From Macrostomum hystrix (Eukaryota; Animalia; Platyhelminthes): 64,000 bases of DNA. The stretch spans positions 3,472,001 through 3,536,000 of the forward strand of contig CATNEN010000007.1 in assembly GCA_950097015.1 (NCBI GenBank), written 5' to 3'. Numbering within the stretch: the first letter of the stretch is position 1; each line of letters begins with the position of its first letter. The translations under genes were made by a program, and so were the position numbers. This document shows, piece after piece, positions 35,120-48,719 of this stretch. The notes beneath the pieces are model-generated. The model was given only the letters and a program-made list of their open reading frames with translations, was not told the origin of the DNA and did not search any database.

Positions 35120-35890
35120 GATTGACAGGTAGATTCTAGTGATTGACAGGTAGATTCTAGTGATTGACAGGTAGATTATAGTGATTGACAGGTAGATTCT
35201 AGTGATTGACAGGTAGATTCTAATGATTTACTGGTAGATTCAAATGATTGACTGGTAGATTCTAGTGATTGACAGGTAGATTCTAATGATTTATTGGTAG
35301 ATTATAGCAATAGACCGGTAAATTCTAGTGATTTACTGGCAGATTCTAATGATTTACTGGTAGGTTATACTGATTGACAGGTAGATTCTAGTGATTGACA
35401 GGTAGATTCTAATGATTTACTGGTAGGTTATAATGATTGACAGGTAGATTCTAATGATTTACTGGTAGGTTATAATGATTGACAGGTAGATTCTAATGAT
35501 TTACTGGTAGGTTATAATGATTGACAGGTAGATTCTAATGATTTACTGGTAGGTTATAATGATTGACAGGTAGATTCTAATGATTTACTGGTAGGTTATA
35601 CTGATTGACGGGTAGATTCTAGTGATTTACTGGTAGAATATACTGATTGACAGGTAGATTCTAATGATTTACTGGTAGATTATACTGATTGACAGGTAGA
35701 TTCTAATGATTTATTGGTAGATTATAGCAATTGACAGGTAAATTCTAGTGATTTACTGGCAGATTCTAATGATTTACTGGTAGGTTATACTGATTGACAG
35801 GTAGATTCTAGTGATTGACAGGTAGATTCTAATGATTTACTGGTAGGTTATACTGATTGACAGGTAGATTATAGTGATTGACAGTTAGAA
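35120..35890. repeat. 21-bp minisatellite with two alternating monomers (GTGATTGACAGGTAGATTCTA / ATGATTTACTGGTAGGTTATA)
   Basis: About 36 units, partly as 42-bp dimers; decays to about 36130. Starts about 45 nt after the iGluR stop. Confidence 0.9.
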
Positions 35891-36334
35891 TCATTTTTTG
35901 CTGCTATTTTCTGATGACTGACAGGTAAATTCAATTTGATTGACAGGTAGAATTAAGTTATTGGAAGCTAGGTATTCATAGCTGGCAGGTAGTTTCTATT
36001 GATTGACAGGTAAATTCTAAATTGATGGACAATTGGACTCTATAGAGATTGACATGTAGATTGTATAGTGATTGATAGGTAGATTGAATAGTAATTGACA
36101 GGTAAATTCTATAGTGATTGACAAGCAGTCTAACCATACAATAAAAAAAGTAAGACTTATTCTACGAAAAATGTTTTTATACATCTTTTTTCTTGGTTCA
36201 TAAGTACACAAAGGGTGTCTTATGCTTATGCGTTCGTGATAAAAAATAAAAAGAGAAAATGATTTCAAAATCATTTATTTTATGGTCATGAAGAAACGCC
36301 CCCACGGTTCCTCTCAACACTCTCGAACAGCAGT

Positions 36335-37755
36335 CGAGAATCTGAGGAGTGACAGTAAGGGATCTGAGGAGTGACAGTAAGGGATCTGAGGAGTGACAGT
36401 AAAGGATCTGAGGAGTGACAGTATAATATCTGAGGAGTGACAGTATAATATCTGAAGAGTGACAGTATAATATCTGAGGAGTGACAGTAAAGAATCTGAG
36501 GAGTGACAGTATAATATCTGAGGAGTGACAGTAAGGGATCTGAGAAGTGACAGTAAAAAATCTGAGGAGTGACAGTATAATATCTGAGGAGTGACAGTAA
36601 GGGATCTGAGGAGTGACTGTAAGGGATCTGAGGAGTGGCAGTAAAGAATCTGAGGAGTGACAGTATAATATCTGAAGAGTGACAGTAAAGAATCTGAGGA
36701 GTGACAGTATAATATCTGAAGAGTGACAGTAAAGAATTTGAGGAGTGACAGTATAATATCTGAGGAGTGACAGTAAGGGATCTGAGGAGTGACAGTAAAG
36801 AATCTGAGGAGTGACAGTATAATATCTGAGGAGTGACAGTATAATATCTGAAGAGTGACAGTATAATATCTGAGGAGTGACAGTAAAGAATCTGAGGAGT
36901 GACAGTATAATATCTGAGGAGTGACAGTAAGGGATCTGAGGAGTGACAGTAAAAAATCTGAGGAGTGACAGTATAATATCTGAGGAGTGACAGTAAGGGA
37001 TCTGAGGAGTGACAGTAAAGAATCTGAGGAGTGACAGTATAATATCTGAAGAGTGACAGTAAAGAATCTGAGGAGTGACAGTAAAGAATCTGAGGAGTGA
37101 CAGTAAAGAATCTGAGGAGGGACAGTATAATATCTGAGGAGTGACAATAAGGGATCTGAGGAGTGACAGTAAAGAATCTGAGGAGTGACAGTATAATATC
37201 TGAGGAGTGACAGTATAACATCTGAGGAGTGACAGTAAGGGATCTGAAGAGTGACAGTATAATATCTGAAGAGTGACAGTAAAGAATCTGAGGAGTGACA
37301 GTAAGGGATCTGAGGAGTGACAGTAAAGGATCTGAGGAGTGACAGTAAAGGATCTAAGGAGTGACAGTAAAGGATCTGAGGAGTGACAGTAAAGGATCTG
37401 AGGAGTGACAGTAAAGGATCTGAGGAGTGACAGTAAAGGATCTGAGGAGTGACAGTAAAGGATCTGAGGAGTGACAGTAAAGAATCTGAGGAGTGACAGT
37501 AAAAGATCTGAAGAGTGACAGTAAAGGATCTGAGGAGTGACAGTAAAGGATCTGAGGAGTGACAGTAAAGGATCTGAGGAGTGGCAGTAAAGAATCTGAG
37601 GAGTGACAGTAAAAGATCTGAAGAGTGACAGTAAAGGATCTGAGGAGTGACAGTAAAGGATCTGAGGAGTGACAGTAAAGAATCTGAGGAGTGACAGTAG
37701 AAGATCTGAAGAGTGACAGTAAAGGATCTGAGGAGTGACAGTAAAGGATCTGAGT
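36335..37755. repeat. 22-bp minisatellite (ATCTGAGGAGTGACAGTA[AAGG/TAAT])n
   Basis: About 64 units between the two iGluR paralogs. Confidence 0.96.
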
Positions 37756-38280
37756 AAAGTAAATATATGCAGTAAACATACAGTAAATGTATGCAACGTT
37801 ACATTAAGAGATCAATATTAGCTCGATTTTAAGGTCTCACTGTCAAACTGGGGTCTCTTTGTCAAACTCGGCAATTATCTTTTCTTCATAATCGTGACTG
37901 GCGATCTTAGCAAATGTTCTCTTGTTAACTTTGCTCAGGTCAATAAATTGCTTCGAAGTGATGGCCAAATTGATTTTGGTTGATGGAAAAAGCCGATGTA
38001 TTTATAGCAGTGAGCTGGGCGGAATGTCTTTGACTTTGATGAAACTCATTGCTGGCTAGCCGCATTTGCCTGCTGCTAGGCCTCCGCTGCGTCCTTAGCA
38101 ACAGTCTGACTCTGAAGATCGCTATTGTAACCAAACCGAACCAACTTAGCGACTCGCTGATTAACTTGGCTGTGCAGAGACGAGTTAATCAGAACTGGCG
38201 AGTGCTACAGGGTCATACAATGAGCGCAGTCATCGTGAGAACCGCTGACGGACTGGAAGCGCCGAGAGACCGTGAGAGAC

Positions 38281-38580
38281 TGTCTGTAGCTGTCTGTAGT
38301 TGTCAGAAGCTGTCAGTAGCTGTCAGTAATTGTCTGTAGCTGACTGTAGCTGACTGTAGCTGTCTGTAGCAGTCTGTAGCAGTCTGTTGCTTACTGTAGC
38401 TGACTGAAGCTGTCTGTAGCTGACTGAAGCTGTCTGTAGCTGTCTGTTGCTTACTGTAGCTGACTGTAGCTGACTGTAGCTGACTGTAGCTGACTGTAGC
38501 TGTCTGTAGCTGTCTGTTGCTTACTGTAGCTGACTGAAACTGTCTGTAGCTGACTTAAACTGTCTATTGCAGATTGTAGC
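38281..38580. repeat. 10-bp repeat (TG[A/T]CTGTAGC)n
   Basis: About 30 copies just inside pseudogene intron 1. Confidence 0.92.
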
Positions 38581-39399
38581 TGATCAGCACATTCAGTACA
38601 CATGATCCAGACATCAGTACACATTATCCGCACATTCAGTGCACATGATCCAGACATCAGTACACATGATCCTATTTGTCGTTGATGTCGGTTAACCAAT
38701 AGTCACTTGTGGAGTGGAGTGTGTTCCTTCTTACCAGCTCTGGTAGGTTCTTCCACGAGTCTGGCGCTCACCCATTGTAGTATAATCAATGTAATCACAC
38801 GTCTGTGATTACGATTTAATCGTTGGTTTAACGATTACTTGGAGAGGTTTAACTTCGCTCAGTAAAAGACTTCTAATTAATAAGTAATTAATTAGGATAA
38901 CTCAAGGAACTCTTACCACAAGTCATGGACCTGGAGTCCGATCCACTTCAGGCTCTCCGTTTTCTCTTTTCGGCGAGACTCTGAATCTGGGCTCGCTTCG
39001 GAGCTCTTGTATTTATAGAGATTCGGACCCTCTCGACCCAGTCAGCGGTGTTCTGAGGCCGCTGTTCAGCTACAAGTCGACTAAGCTCACCTTTCCAAAT
39101 ACCTTTGTGGGCTTCAAGAATGAAACACTGCTCATTTGCGCACCTGAGGTATGCTTAATGTAAAATTAATTTTTTTCTCTTTTAAATTAGGCTCGGCACA
39201 CGAGTTCGCTTCGATTTCAGGAGCCGCCAATCACAACCTAATTGGAGGTATTTTCAAACAACACCGTGACTATTACGGGTCTGACTCACGATGTGCTCAA
39301 AAGTGCTCATTCTGGCTGAGAAGATGGATTTTCGGTTTGTGAGACTAGCAATGAGACCCCATTTCGTTTTAACATTTTCTCTCAAGATATGCATTATCA

Positions 39400-40350
39400 A
39401 TATGATATCTCATGCTTGTCCCCTTGATATCTAATGCCTATCCCCTTGATATCTCATGCCTATCCCCTTGATATCTCATGCCTATCCCCTTGATATCTCA
39501 TGCCTATCCCCTTGATATCTCATGCCTATCCCCTTGATATCTCATGCTTATCCCCTTGATATCTCATGCCTATCCCCTTGATATCTCATGCTTATCCCCT
39601 TGATATCTCATGCCTATCCCCTTGATATCTCATGCCTATCCCCTTGATATCTCATGCCTATCCCCTTAATATCTCATGCCTATCCCCTTGATATCTCATG
39701 CCTATCCCCTTGATATCTCATGCCTATCCCCTTGATATCTCATGCCTATCCCCTTGATATCTCATGCCTATCCCCTTGATATCTCATGCTTATCCCCTTG
39801 ATATCTCATGCTTATCCCCTTGATATATCATGCTTATCCCCTTGATATCTCATGCCTATCCCCTAGATATCTCATGCTTATCCCCTTGATATCTCATGCC
39901 TATCCCCTTGATATCTCATGCCTATCCCCTTGATATCTCATGCTTATCCCCTTGATATCTCATGCTTATTCCCTTAATATCTCATGCTTATTCCCTTAAT
40001 ATCTCTTGATATCTCATGCCTATCCCCTTGATATCTCATGCTTATCCCCTTGATATCTCATGCTTATCTCCTTGATAACTCATGCTTATCCCCTTTGATA
40101 TCTCATGCTTATCCTTTTTGATATCTCATGCTTATCCCCTTTGATATCTCATGCTTATCCCCTTTGATATCTCATGCTTATCCCCTTGATATCTCATGCT
40201 TATTCCCTTGATATCTCATGCTTATCTCCTTGATAACTCATGCTTATCCCCCTTGATATCTCATGCTTATCCCCTTGATATCTCATGCCTATCCCTTTGA
40301 TACCTTATTCCTATCCCTTTGATATCTCATGCTTATCCCTTTGATATCTT
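39400..40350. repeat. 22-bp minisatellite (GATATCTCATGC[C/T]TATCCCCTT)n
   Basis: About 43 copies in a pseudogene intron. Confidence 0.95.
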
Positions 40351-40579
40351 ACGTTTTCCCATTGATATTCAGGTATCCAATTGACAAGATTTCATTCCCC
40401 CCATGCTCCCATCCTGATTACCAGCTTCATCACTAAGCAGCCGGACGATGGCAAGTGGGCGCCCCGCTGCCCAACTCCAGCATCTGCTCCGGCTGCGTGG
40501 GCGAGCTGTAGCAGGGAGTGAGGGAGTATGCGAAGCTGATGACTGCTATTTTTAAGTCACTTATAAAATAGAAAGAGGA

Positions 40580-41090
40580 GTCGCCGCTAGAATCGAAGGA
40601 GGAATCACAGTTAGAATCGAAGGAGGAGTCGCAGCTAGAATCGAAGGAGGGTCGCAGCTGGAATCGAAGGAGGGGTCGCAGCTGGAATCGAAGGAGGGGT
40701 CGCAGCTAGAATCGAAGGAGGGGTCGCAGCTAGAATCGAAGGAGGAGGTCAGCTAGAATCGAAGGAGGAATCGCAGCTAGAATCTAAGGAGAAATCGCAG
40801 CAAGAGTCGAAGGAGGAGCAACAGCTGGAATCGAAGGAGGAGTCGCAGCTAGAATCGAAGGAGGAATCGCAGCTAAAAGTAGAATCGAAGGAGTCGCAGG
40901 TAGAATCGAAGGAGTCGCAGCTAGAATCGAAGGAGGAATCGCAGCTATAAGTAGAATCGAAGGAGGAATCGCAGCTACATGCAGAATCGAAGGAGGAATC
41001 GCAGCTACAACTAGAGTCGAAGGAGGAGACGCAGCTAGAATCGAAGGAGGAGCTCAGCTAGAATCGAAGGAGGAGTCGCAGCTAGAATCA
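40580..41090. repeat. About 24-bp degenerate minisatellite (GCAGCTAGAATCGAAGGAGGAGTC)n
   Basis: About 21 copies in a pseudogene intron. Confidence 0.9.
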
Positions 41091-42302
41091 ATGGAGGTAC
41101 AAGAGTTACAAGCTGGTCCTAAAAAAAGTGTGCAATGTCGTGAACTGATGTCGGCAGGTGGTGACCCTCTCCGCCGGTCCCTTCACCAAGACCGCAATAC
41201 GCGACAGCGTCGTGGACTTCTCCGTGCCGCTGTTCGAAGAGTCCAACGCGGTCCTGCTGCCGCGCCCGCCGCCATAGTCGAAGCTGTGGAATGTGTTCGA
41301 GTCATTCAGCCCGCAGGTGTGGCTGATGCTGATTGCCTGCATCGCAGCGTCAGTCAGGGCATTCGCCTATTTCTCACCGTTCTCGGCCTACAACCTGGAG
41401 CTTGAGTACTCCATCGCGGACGAGGTCTGGCTGCAAGCGTACATCTGGAGCATCATTGGCAGCTTCATGCAGCAGGGCCAGGACTTTTATCCATTCGCAA
41501 TGTCCGCTAGGACTGCTATGGCTTCCTGGTGGATGTTCACCGTGATTATCTACAGCGCCTACACAGGTCGGGGACGCTGTTCTCATTTTCAGTACAGAAA
41601 GGCTGCATTTAGTACAGGCTGTATTTAGTGAGGCTGTTTTGAGCACAGAAAGTGAGTTCCCAGTTCACGAGTGCTGTTATTGATACTGATTTGCCGTCCC
41701 ATCTAATCACCAGCGGACCTGACCGCCCACCTGACCGTGAGCTCAGGAGAGCTGCCAATCCAGACCCTGGACGATCTTTTAGCCCAATCCGACATCCAGC
41801 CAGTGGGGATTGTGGACACCAATCTGTACACTCTATTTAAAGAGGCCAAGTCGGGTGCCTACAAACAGATTGGAGAAATTATGCTGCTAGTACAGTCCGG
41901 TCACTGCCTTGACGAGGTTAGCTGGCTGCTCAGAAATTAAGATTGAGCAGATTGGAGACCTCGAGGAAGATCTAGTTATCCTTTCATCATGTCGCCCCAG
42001 ATGGCCACAATGAGACGGGCATGCATCAGCGACTACAGCTATCTGTTGGGCTTTGCCAATGAGCAATGCTCAGATTATTAAATTGCTAAGGAGCATTTTA
42101 GCACTGCCACTGTCGCGTTTATGTACCCGGAGGACTGCGTCTATGCGTCTACATCGGACGCCGAACCGATCGGTCTGGACGGTGTTGGGGGCTGCTTCAT
42201 CGTCGCCGGCTGCCTGTACGCCATCGGCCTCTGCATCCTCCTGCTGGAGCTGACCTGAACACGGCTGGCCCGCCGACAGCCCACCGACTGCCTGCTCTAC
42301 TG

Positions 42303-42626
<324 letters not shown>

Positions 42627-42719
42627 GGATCGTTTTCTGATGGTTAATATAAATTTGTGCTACTAAAATCGCGCATGCTACTATAAGTAGCTTGCATGGT
42701 AATTATGTAGTAAAATTGT

Positions 42720-43035
42720 GAGAGTGGGAGAGTGGGATACTCTTTGGGAGAGTGGGATACTCTATGGGAGAGTGGGATACTCTATGGGAGAGTGGATACT
42801 CTATGGGAGAGTGGGATACTCTATGGGAGAGTGGATACTCTATGGTAGAGTGGGATACTCTATGAGAGAGTGGGATACTCTATGGGAGAGTGGGATACTC
42901 TATGGGAGAGTGGGATACTCTATGGGAGAGTGGGAGACTCTATGGGAGAGTGGGAGACTCTATGGGAGAGTGGATACTCTATGGGAGAGTGGATACTCTA
43001 TGGGAGAGTGGATACTCTATGGGAGAGTGGGAGAG
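42720..43035. repeat. 20-bp minisatellite (GAGAGTGGGATACTCTATGG)n, locus 1
   Basis: About 16 copies, flanked by ~95-bp direct repeats at 42627-42720 and 43052-43147. Confidence 0.93.
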
Positions 43036-43702
43036 AGACAGACAGACAGACGGATCGTTTTCTGATAGTAAATATAAATTTGTGCTACTAAATTCGCGCA
43101 TGCTACTATTTAAGTAGCTTGCATGGTAATTATGTAGTAAAATTGTGTCTGAAAAAAGTCGCACTCGCTGACAATGGACTCAGTGTTAAGTCGCAGCAGG
43201 CCGCTGCAATCGATACTCACTGATCGACCTGTCAGACACGAGTGACTGAGGAGAAAACTTGTCAAATTGAATACGTTTCGCCGTGTTTTTTCTCTAACAA
43301 AAAATAATCACAAAACAAAACGCAAGCCACTCGGCCTGGTCTCAGCGGCTGCGAGAGCTAGCTGAAGTGATTGGCGCTGTCAGACCAGTTGGTTTTAACA
43401 AAGAAAACTGACAACTACCGCGCCAGAGCGTAGAAGTAGCCAGGGGAGATTTCAGAGTAAGGAATACTTCACCTGACACACTTCAGTCATTCTACAGCTG
43501 CCGGCTTTGCAGAGCTTCACGCCTTCAGTACTTGAATAGAAGACTGAGCTGTTGAGACAATTGGCGCAGAGAGACACAAATAGGTTTGGGACACCTTTGA
43601 AGACGGCTTTCTACGGAAGCTTTTGAGGGAAGGATATACGAAGGAAGCTTGAGAATCAGGGAACCTGTAGAGGAATGAATAATGAGGGGGTAAAGGATAA
43701 GA

Positions 43703-44765
43703 GAATCCTGTAGAGAGAGACAGAGAGAGAGGGAGAGAGGGAGAGAGGGAGAGAGCAAGAGAGAGGGCTAGAGGGAGAGTGGGAGAGAAGGTTAGAGGGA
43801 GAGAGCAAGAGAGAGGGCTAGAGGGAGAGTGGGAGAGAGGGTGAGAGGGAGAGAGGGAGAGAGGGAGAGAGGGAGAGAGCGAGAGAGCAAGAGAGAGGGC
43901 TAGAGGGAGAGAGGGAGAGAGGGAGAGAGCGAGAGAGCAAGAGAGAGGGCTAGAGGGAGAGAGGGTGAGAGGGAGAGAGGGAGAGAGGGAGAGAGGAGAG
44001 AGGGAGAGAGGGTGAGAGGGAGAGAGGGTGAGAGGAGAGAGGGAGAGAGGGTGAGAGGGTGAGAGGGAGAAAGGGTGAGAAAGAGGGAGAGAGGGTGAGG
44101 GGGAGAGAGGGTGAGAGGGTGAGAGGGAGAGAGGGTGAGAGGGAGAGAGGGAGAGAGGGAGAGAGGGAGAGAGCAAGAGAGAGGGCTAGAGGGAGAGTGG
44201 GAGAGAGGGTGAGAGGGAGAGAGGCAGAGAGGGAGAGAGGGCTAGAGGGAGAGAGGGAGAGAGCGAGAGAGCAAGAGAGAGGGCTAGAGGGAGAGAGGGA
44301 GAGAGGGAGAGAGCGAGAGAGCAAGAGAGAGGGCTAGAGGGAGAGTGGGAGAGAGGGTGAGAGGGAGAGAGGCAGAGAGGGAGAGAGGGCTAGAGGGAGA
44401 GAGGGAGAGAGGGAGAGAGGGAGAGAGGGAGAGAGGGAGAGAGAGAGAGAGGAGAGAGGGAGAGAGGGTGAGAGGGTGAGAGGGAGAGAGGGTGAGAGGG
44501 TGAGAGGGTGAGAGGGTGAGAAAGTGAGAGGGAGAGAGGGTGAGAGGGAGAGAGGGTGAGAGGGTGAGGGGGAGAGAGGGTGAGAGGGTGAGAGGGAGAG
44601 AGGGAGAGAGGGAGAGAGGGAGAGAGGAGAGAGGGAGAGAGGGTGAGAGGGAGAGAGGGAGAGAGGAAGAGAGGGAGAGAGGGTGAGAGGGAGAGAGGGT
44701 GAGAGGGTGAGAGGGAGAGAGGGTGAGAGGGAGAGAGGGTGAGAGGGTGAGAGGGAGAGAGGAGA
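43703..44765. repeat. Polypurine GA-rich repeat (GGG[A/T]GAGA and variants)
   Basis: About 1.06 kb almost free of pyrimidines on the + strand. Confidence 0.93.
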
Positions 44766-45194
44766 CAGATGTAGAGAAAAGAGACCAGGCAGCAGTGGCT
44801 GAGTGAGGGGACAGAGCTGTAGGTGGCACAGAGGAGACCCGCACTTAAAATGCAAATCAGTTGGAGCTCAACTGTTAAAAGGCCATAAGTAACGGGCTCA
44901 GATAAATCAATTTCAACAGACGGCCTGCAGGTTGGGTCGGATTCCCTCATGAACAGTTTGAAGACGGTGACGCTCTTGAAGCAGAAAATGACCATCTGGT
45001 TATCTGAAAACTTCTAGCAAACTTTTTCTACTTTGCAGACTATGACCAAAACCTGTACGAGCGTAAACTCGTTTTTTTCCAGTGATACGCGATTTTAATA
45101 GGAAACAGGGGTCCACAAACTCCGGCACGCGGACCAGGAGTGGCTTGCAAGGCCAGCACTATGGCCACTTCCTACAATGCTCTTCTCATCCCAC

Positions 45195-45542
45195 CCCTGT
45201 CTGATCTCTTCCTGTCTCATCTCTTCCTGCCTCATCTCTTCCTGTCTCATCTCTTCCTGCCTCATCTCTCCCCTGTCTCATCTATTCCTGTCTCATCTCT
45301 CCCTTTGTCATCTCCCCCGTCTCATCTCTCCCCTGTCTCATCTCTTCCTGTCTCATCTCTCCCTATCTCATCTCTCCCCTGTCTCATCTCTTCCTGTCTC
45401 ATCTCTTCCTGCCTCATCTCTCCCTGTCTCATCTCTTCCTGCCTCATCTCTCCCCAGTCTCATCTCTTCCTGTCTCATCTCTGCCTGTCTCATCTCTCCC
45501 TGTCTCATCTCTCCCTGTCTCATCTCTCCCTGTCTCATCTCA
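45195..45542. repeat. CT-rich about 15-bp degenerate repeat (CCTGTCTCATCTCT[C/T])n
   Basis: Low-complexity tandem units. Confidence 0.85.
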
Positions 45543-46424
45543 CTTGGGTCATCCGGCCCGCAATCTTTAGCCCTGGATTCTCCATTTGGCCCTGGCGCTT
45601 GGCAGAGTGGCCTACCCATGATCCCATTTTAATAGCTCAATGGCTCTTATCATTGCATTGAGCTATGGTTGTGGTTGGTGAATTTGTCCATATTGTCAGT
45701 TGGTTGGAATAAAAAATTACAGTGCTTGAGTTTGGCGAGTTTTAAGTAGGGCGGAACAGCTGCTCATCGATGGCGCCTCGGGGAAATATTCTCAGAGGAG
45801 ATTTAAGAAGAATTCCGATGGACAAAAAAGAACTCAACGTGCTGGTTTGGTCTCAGCTTAGCAACCATCTGTAAGGCATAAAAAATTCGTAATTGTAGTC
45901 CGATTCATTTTTTTGTTCCGTAGATCACAGTGAGAATATAGATTTTGAGGTAGGGAGGAATAGGTGGGTCAGTCATTGAAGAACACTTTGAGTCATCTAA
46001 ATGGGCTATGGGAGCCAGCTAGGAGCCCCTGAAGGCAATTTTAGGATATGTTTTTTATTTCACACCGCATTTGAGCTCTCCATAGGAGGACACATGGCAC
46101 ACCTGGACTTAATCGCCGTTGTCATTATTGATGGGCGGACCATAGGTTTGAGCTGATTGAAAATTCATAGTAACCATTGCATAGTCCCCCAAAAACCTTT
46201 CCATTGGAGGGGGAAAATTGGGAGGAGCCGTACTTATTTTCTAGGAATATTTAAGCTAAACACCTGGGGCAGTGGGTGCTGAGCGTGTGAGCTCAGGTCG
46301 ATGAACTGGAAATTCTAATAAGAAGTGTTTGTCAGTTATTAAAGTTTTAAAAAAGACCGATTGGTTTCAAGAAAATGGGAGAGTTGAAGATTAAATGCCG
46401 GGGAAGGGGACTTTTTGAATGAGA

Positions 46425-47650
46425 GTAGGCTCTTTGGGAGAGTGGGATACTCTATGGGAGAGTGGGATACTCTATGGGTGAGTGAGACTCTATGGGAGAG
46501 TGGGATACTCTATGGGTGAGTGGGATACTCTATGGGAGAGTGGGATACTCTATGGGTGAGTGAGACTCTATGGGAGAGTGGGATACTCTATGGGTGAGTG
46601 GGATACTCTATGGGAGAGTGGGATACTCTATGGGTGAGTGGGATACTCTATGGGAGAGTGAGACTCTATGGGTGAGTGGGATACTCTATGGGTGAGTGGG
46701 ATACTCTATGGGAGAGTGGGATACTCTATGGGTGAGTGGGATACTCTATGGGAGAGTGGGATACTCTATGGGTGAGTGGGATACTCTATGGGAGAGTGGG
46801 ATACTCTATGGGAGAGTGGGATACTCTATGGGAGAGTGGGATACTCTATGGGAGAGTGGGATACTCTATGGGAGAGTGGGATACTCTATGGGAGAGTGGG
46901 ATACTCTATGGGAGAGTGGGATACTCTATGGGAGAGTGGGATACTCTATGGGAGAGTGGGATACTCTATGGGAGAGTGGGATACTCTATGGGAGAGTGGG
47001 ATACTCTATGGGAGAGTGGGATACTCTATGGGAGAGTGGGATACTCTATGGGAGAGTGGGATACTCTATGGGAGAGTGGGATACTCTATGGGAGAGTGGG
47101 ATACTCTATGGGAGAGTGGGATACTCTATGGGTGAGTGGGATACTCTATGGGAGAGTGGGATACTCTATGGGAGAGTGGGATACTCTATGGGAGAGTGGA
47201 TACTCTATGGGAGAGTGGGATACTCTATGGGAGAGTGGGATACTCTATGGGTGAGTGGGATACTCTATGGGAGAGTGGGATACTCTATGGGAGAGTGGGA
47301 TACTCTATGGGAGAGTGGGATACTCTATGGGAGAGTGGATACTCTATGGGAGACTGGGATACTCTATGGGAGAGTGGGATACTCTATGGGAGAGTGGGAT
47401 ACTCTATGGGAGAGTGGGATACTCTATGGGAGAGTGGGATACTCTATGGGAGAGTGGGATACTCTATGGGAGAGTGGATACTCTATGGGAGAGTGGGATA
47501 CTCTATGGGAGAGTGGGATACTCTATGGGAGAGTGGGATACTCTTTGGGAGAGTGGGATACTCTATGGGTAAGAGGAAGACTCTGTGGGAGAGTGTGGCA
47601 CTCTATGGGAGTGAGTGAGGATCTATGGGAGAGTGGCACACTCTATGGGT
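46425..47650. repeat. 20-bp minisatellite (GAGAGTGGGATACTCTATGG)n, locus 2
   Basis: About 60 copies; same unit and orientation as 42720-43035. Confidence 0.96.
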
Positions 47651-48414
47651 GAAAATGGAGAATGGGACTATAGATATCCAGGAGCTGATAAATATTCGGC
47701 AAACGTATGTGAAAAGATGCATAATATTCTTCACATACTACTCGGACACTAGTAACTCATATCGCACGGTCTCTGATACCAGATCCCCCGCCTTGTGCTT
47801 GCCCCAACCACCCTGACCAATCCTGGCTGGCGGGCAGCCGTGGCCACCTCCCACTGTTTGATCATTTGGCGGCAGCTCATTGGCGGAGGAAACGCGGAAC
47901 ATTGAGGAGGGGACACAGGGGGGGAGACTAGAGTTGTGACCACCAACGGGCTAGACAAGTATTTTTATAACGGTCAATCAGTGTGCTAGCTAAAGACAGT
48001 CGATTGAAAGTCCTTGATTTAAACAACCTTGATTGTAGGTGTGGAGTCCCATTTTTATTTTGCATTCTTTTTTTTCGGATACCTTAAAGACTTGTTTGCA
48101 AGCGCGTGGTGAAAGTGTCCGTGCGACCAGACTGAGTCCGAGAGGTCCCCCCTGCACTGTCCTTTCCTCATCCTCCTTGTTGCTTCGGATCCGGCCCCAG
48201 CCAATAGAGAGGCAGGACCAGTCGCTGACCCACCCCCCGGACCCTGTCCCCCCAAAGCCTGTCTCCTCCCGTCCTGGCAATCTTCTGTCCCATTTTGCCG
48301 CTCGCTTAAAAGCGTCCACTTTAGCTGGCCTTGACACCGACACCGCAAGCCGTCAAGGTGGATCTCAGTTGCGCAATCGTTAAACCAGCCACCAGGCAAT
48401 GTCGTCAGTTGGAA

Positions 48415-48541
48415 ATGTCCTCCCGACGAAAACAGGATAAGCCGACTCAACTGAATTGCAACACTGCCACTACTGCCGCCGCTGCTGCTGCTGCCGTTGC
48501 TTCTGCTCAAGTGAGCTCAATCGAAAACTGCCAACTTAAAT
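48415..48541 (+). CDS. BCL11: Probable first coding exon of the BCL11-like gene (NuRD-binding N-terminal motif)
   Basis: ATG at 48415 gives MSSRRKQDKPTQL, matching the MSRRKQxKPxxL motif of BCL11/SALL/FOG. A consensus donor T|GTGAGT at 48541/48542 is phase 1, matching the acceptor phase at 61661. An alternative phase-0 donor lies at 48510/48511. Confidence 0.7.
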
Positions 48542-48719
48542 GTGAGTTTACTTAGGATTGTTCATCCGAATTGTTTGATGTTAACTGAAACTGCAGTCAT
48601 GTTACTCTATCTATAGTTTTGTAGAAATTAAATTTTTATTTCAGATGTATTGAGCCTTAAATCCCATTATAGTTTCCACTTCTTGATCTAGATTCTTTCA
48701 GATTGAATAGTCTTAACTA

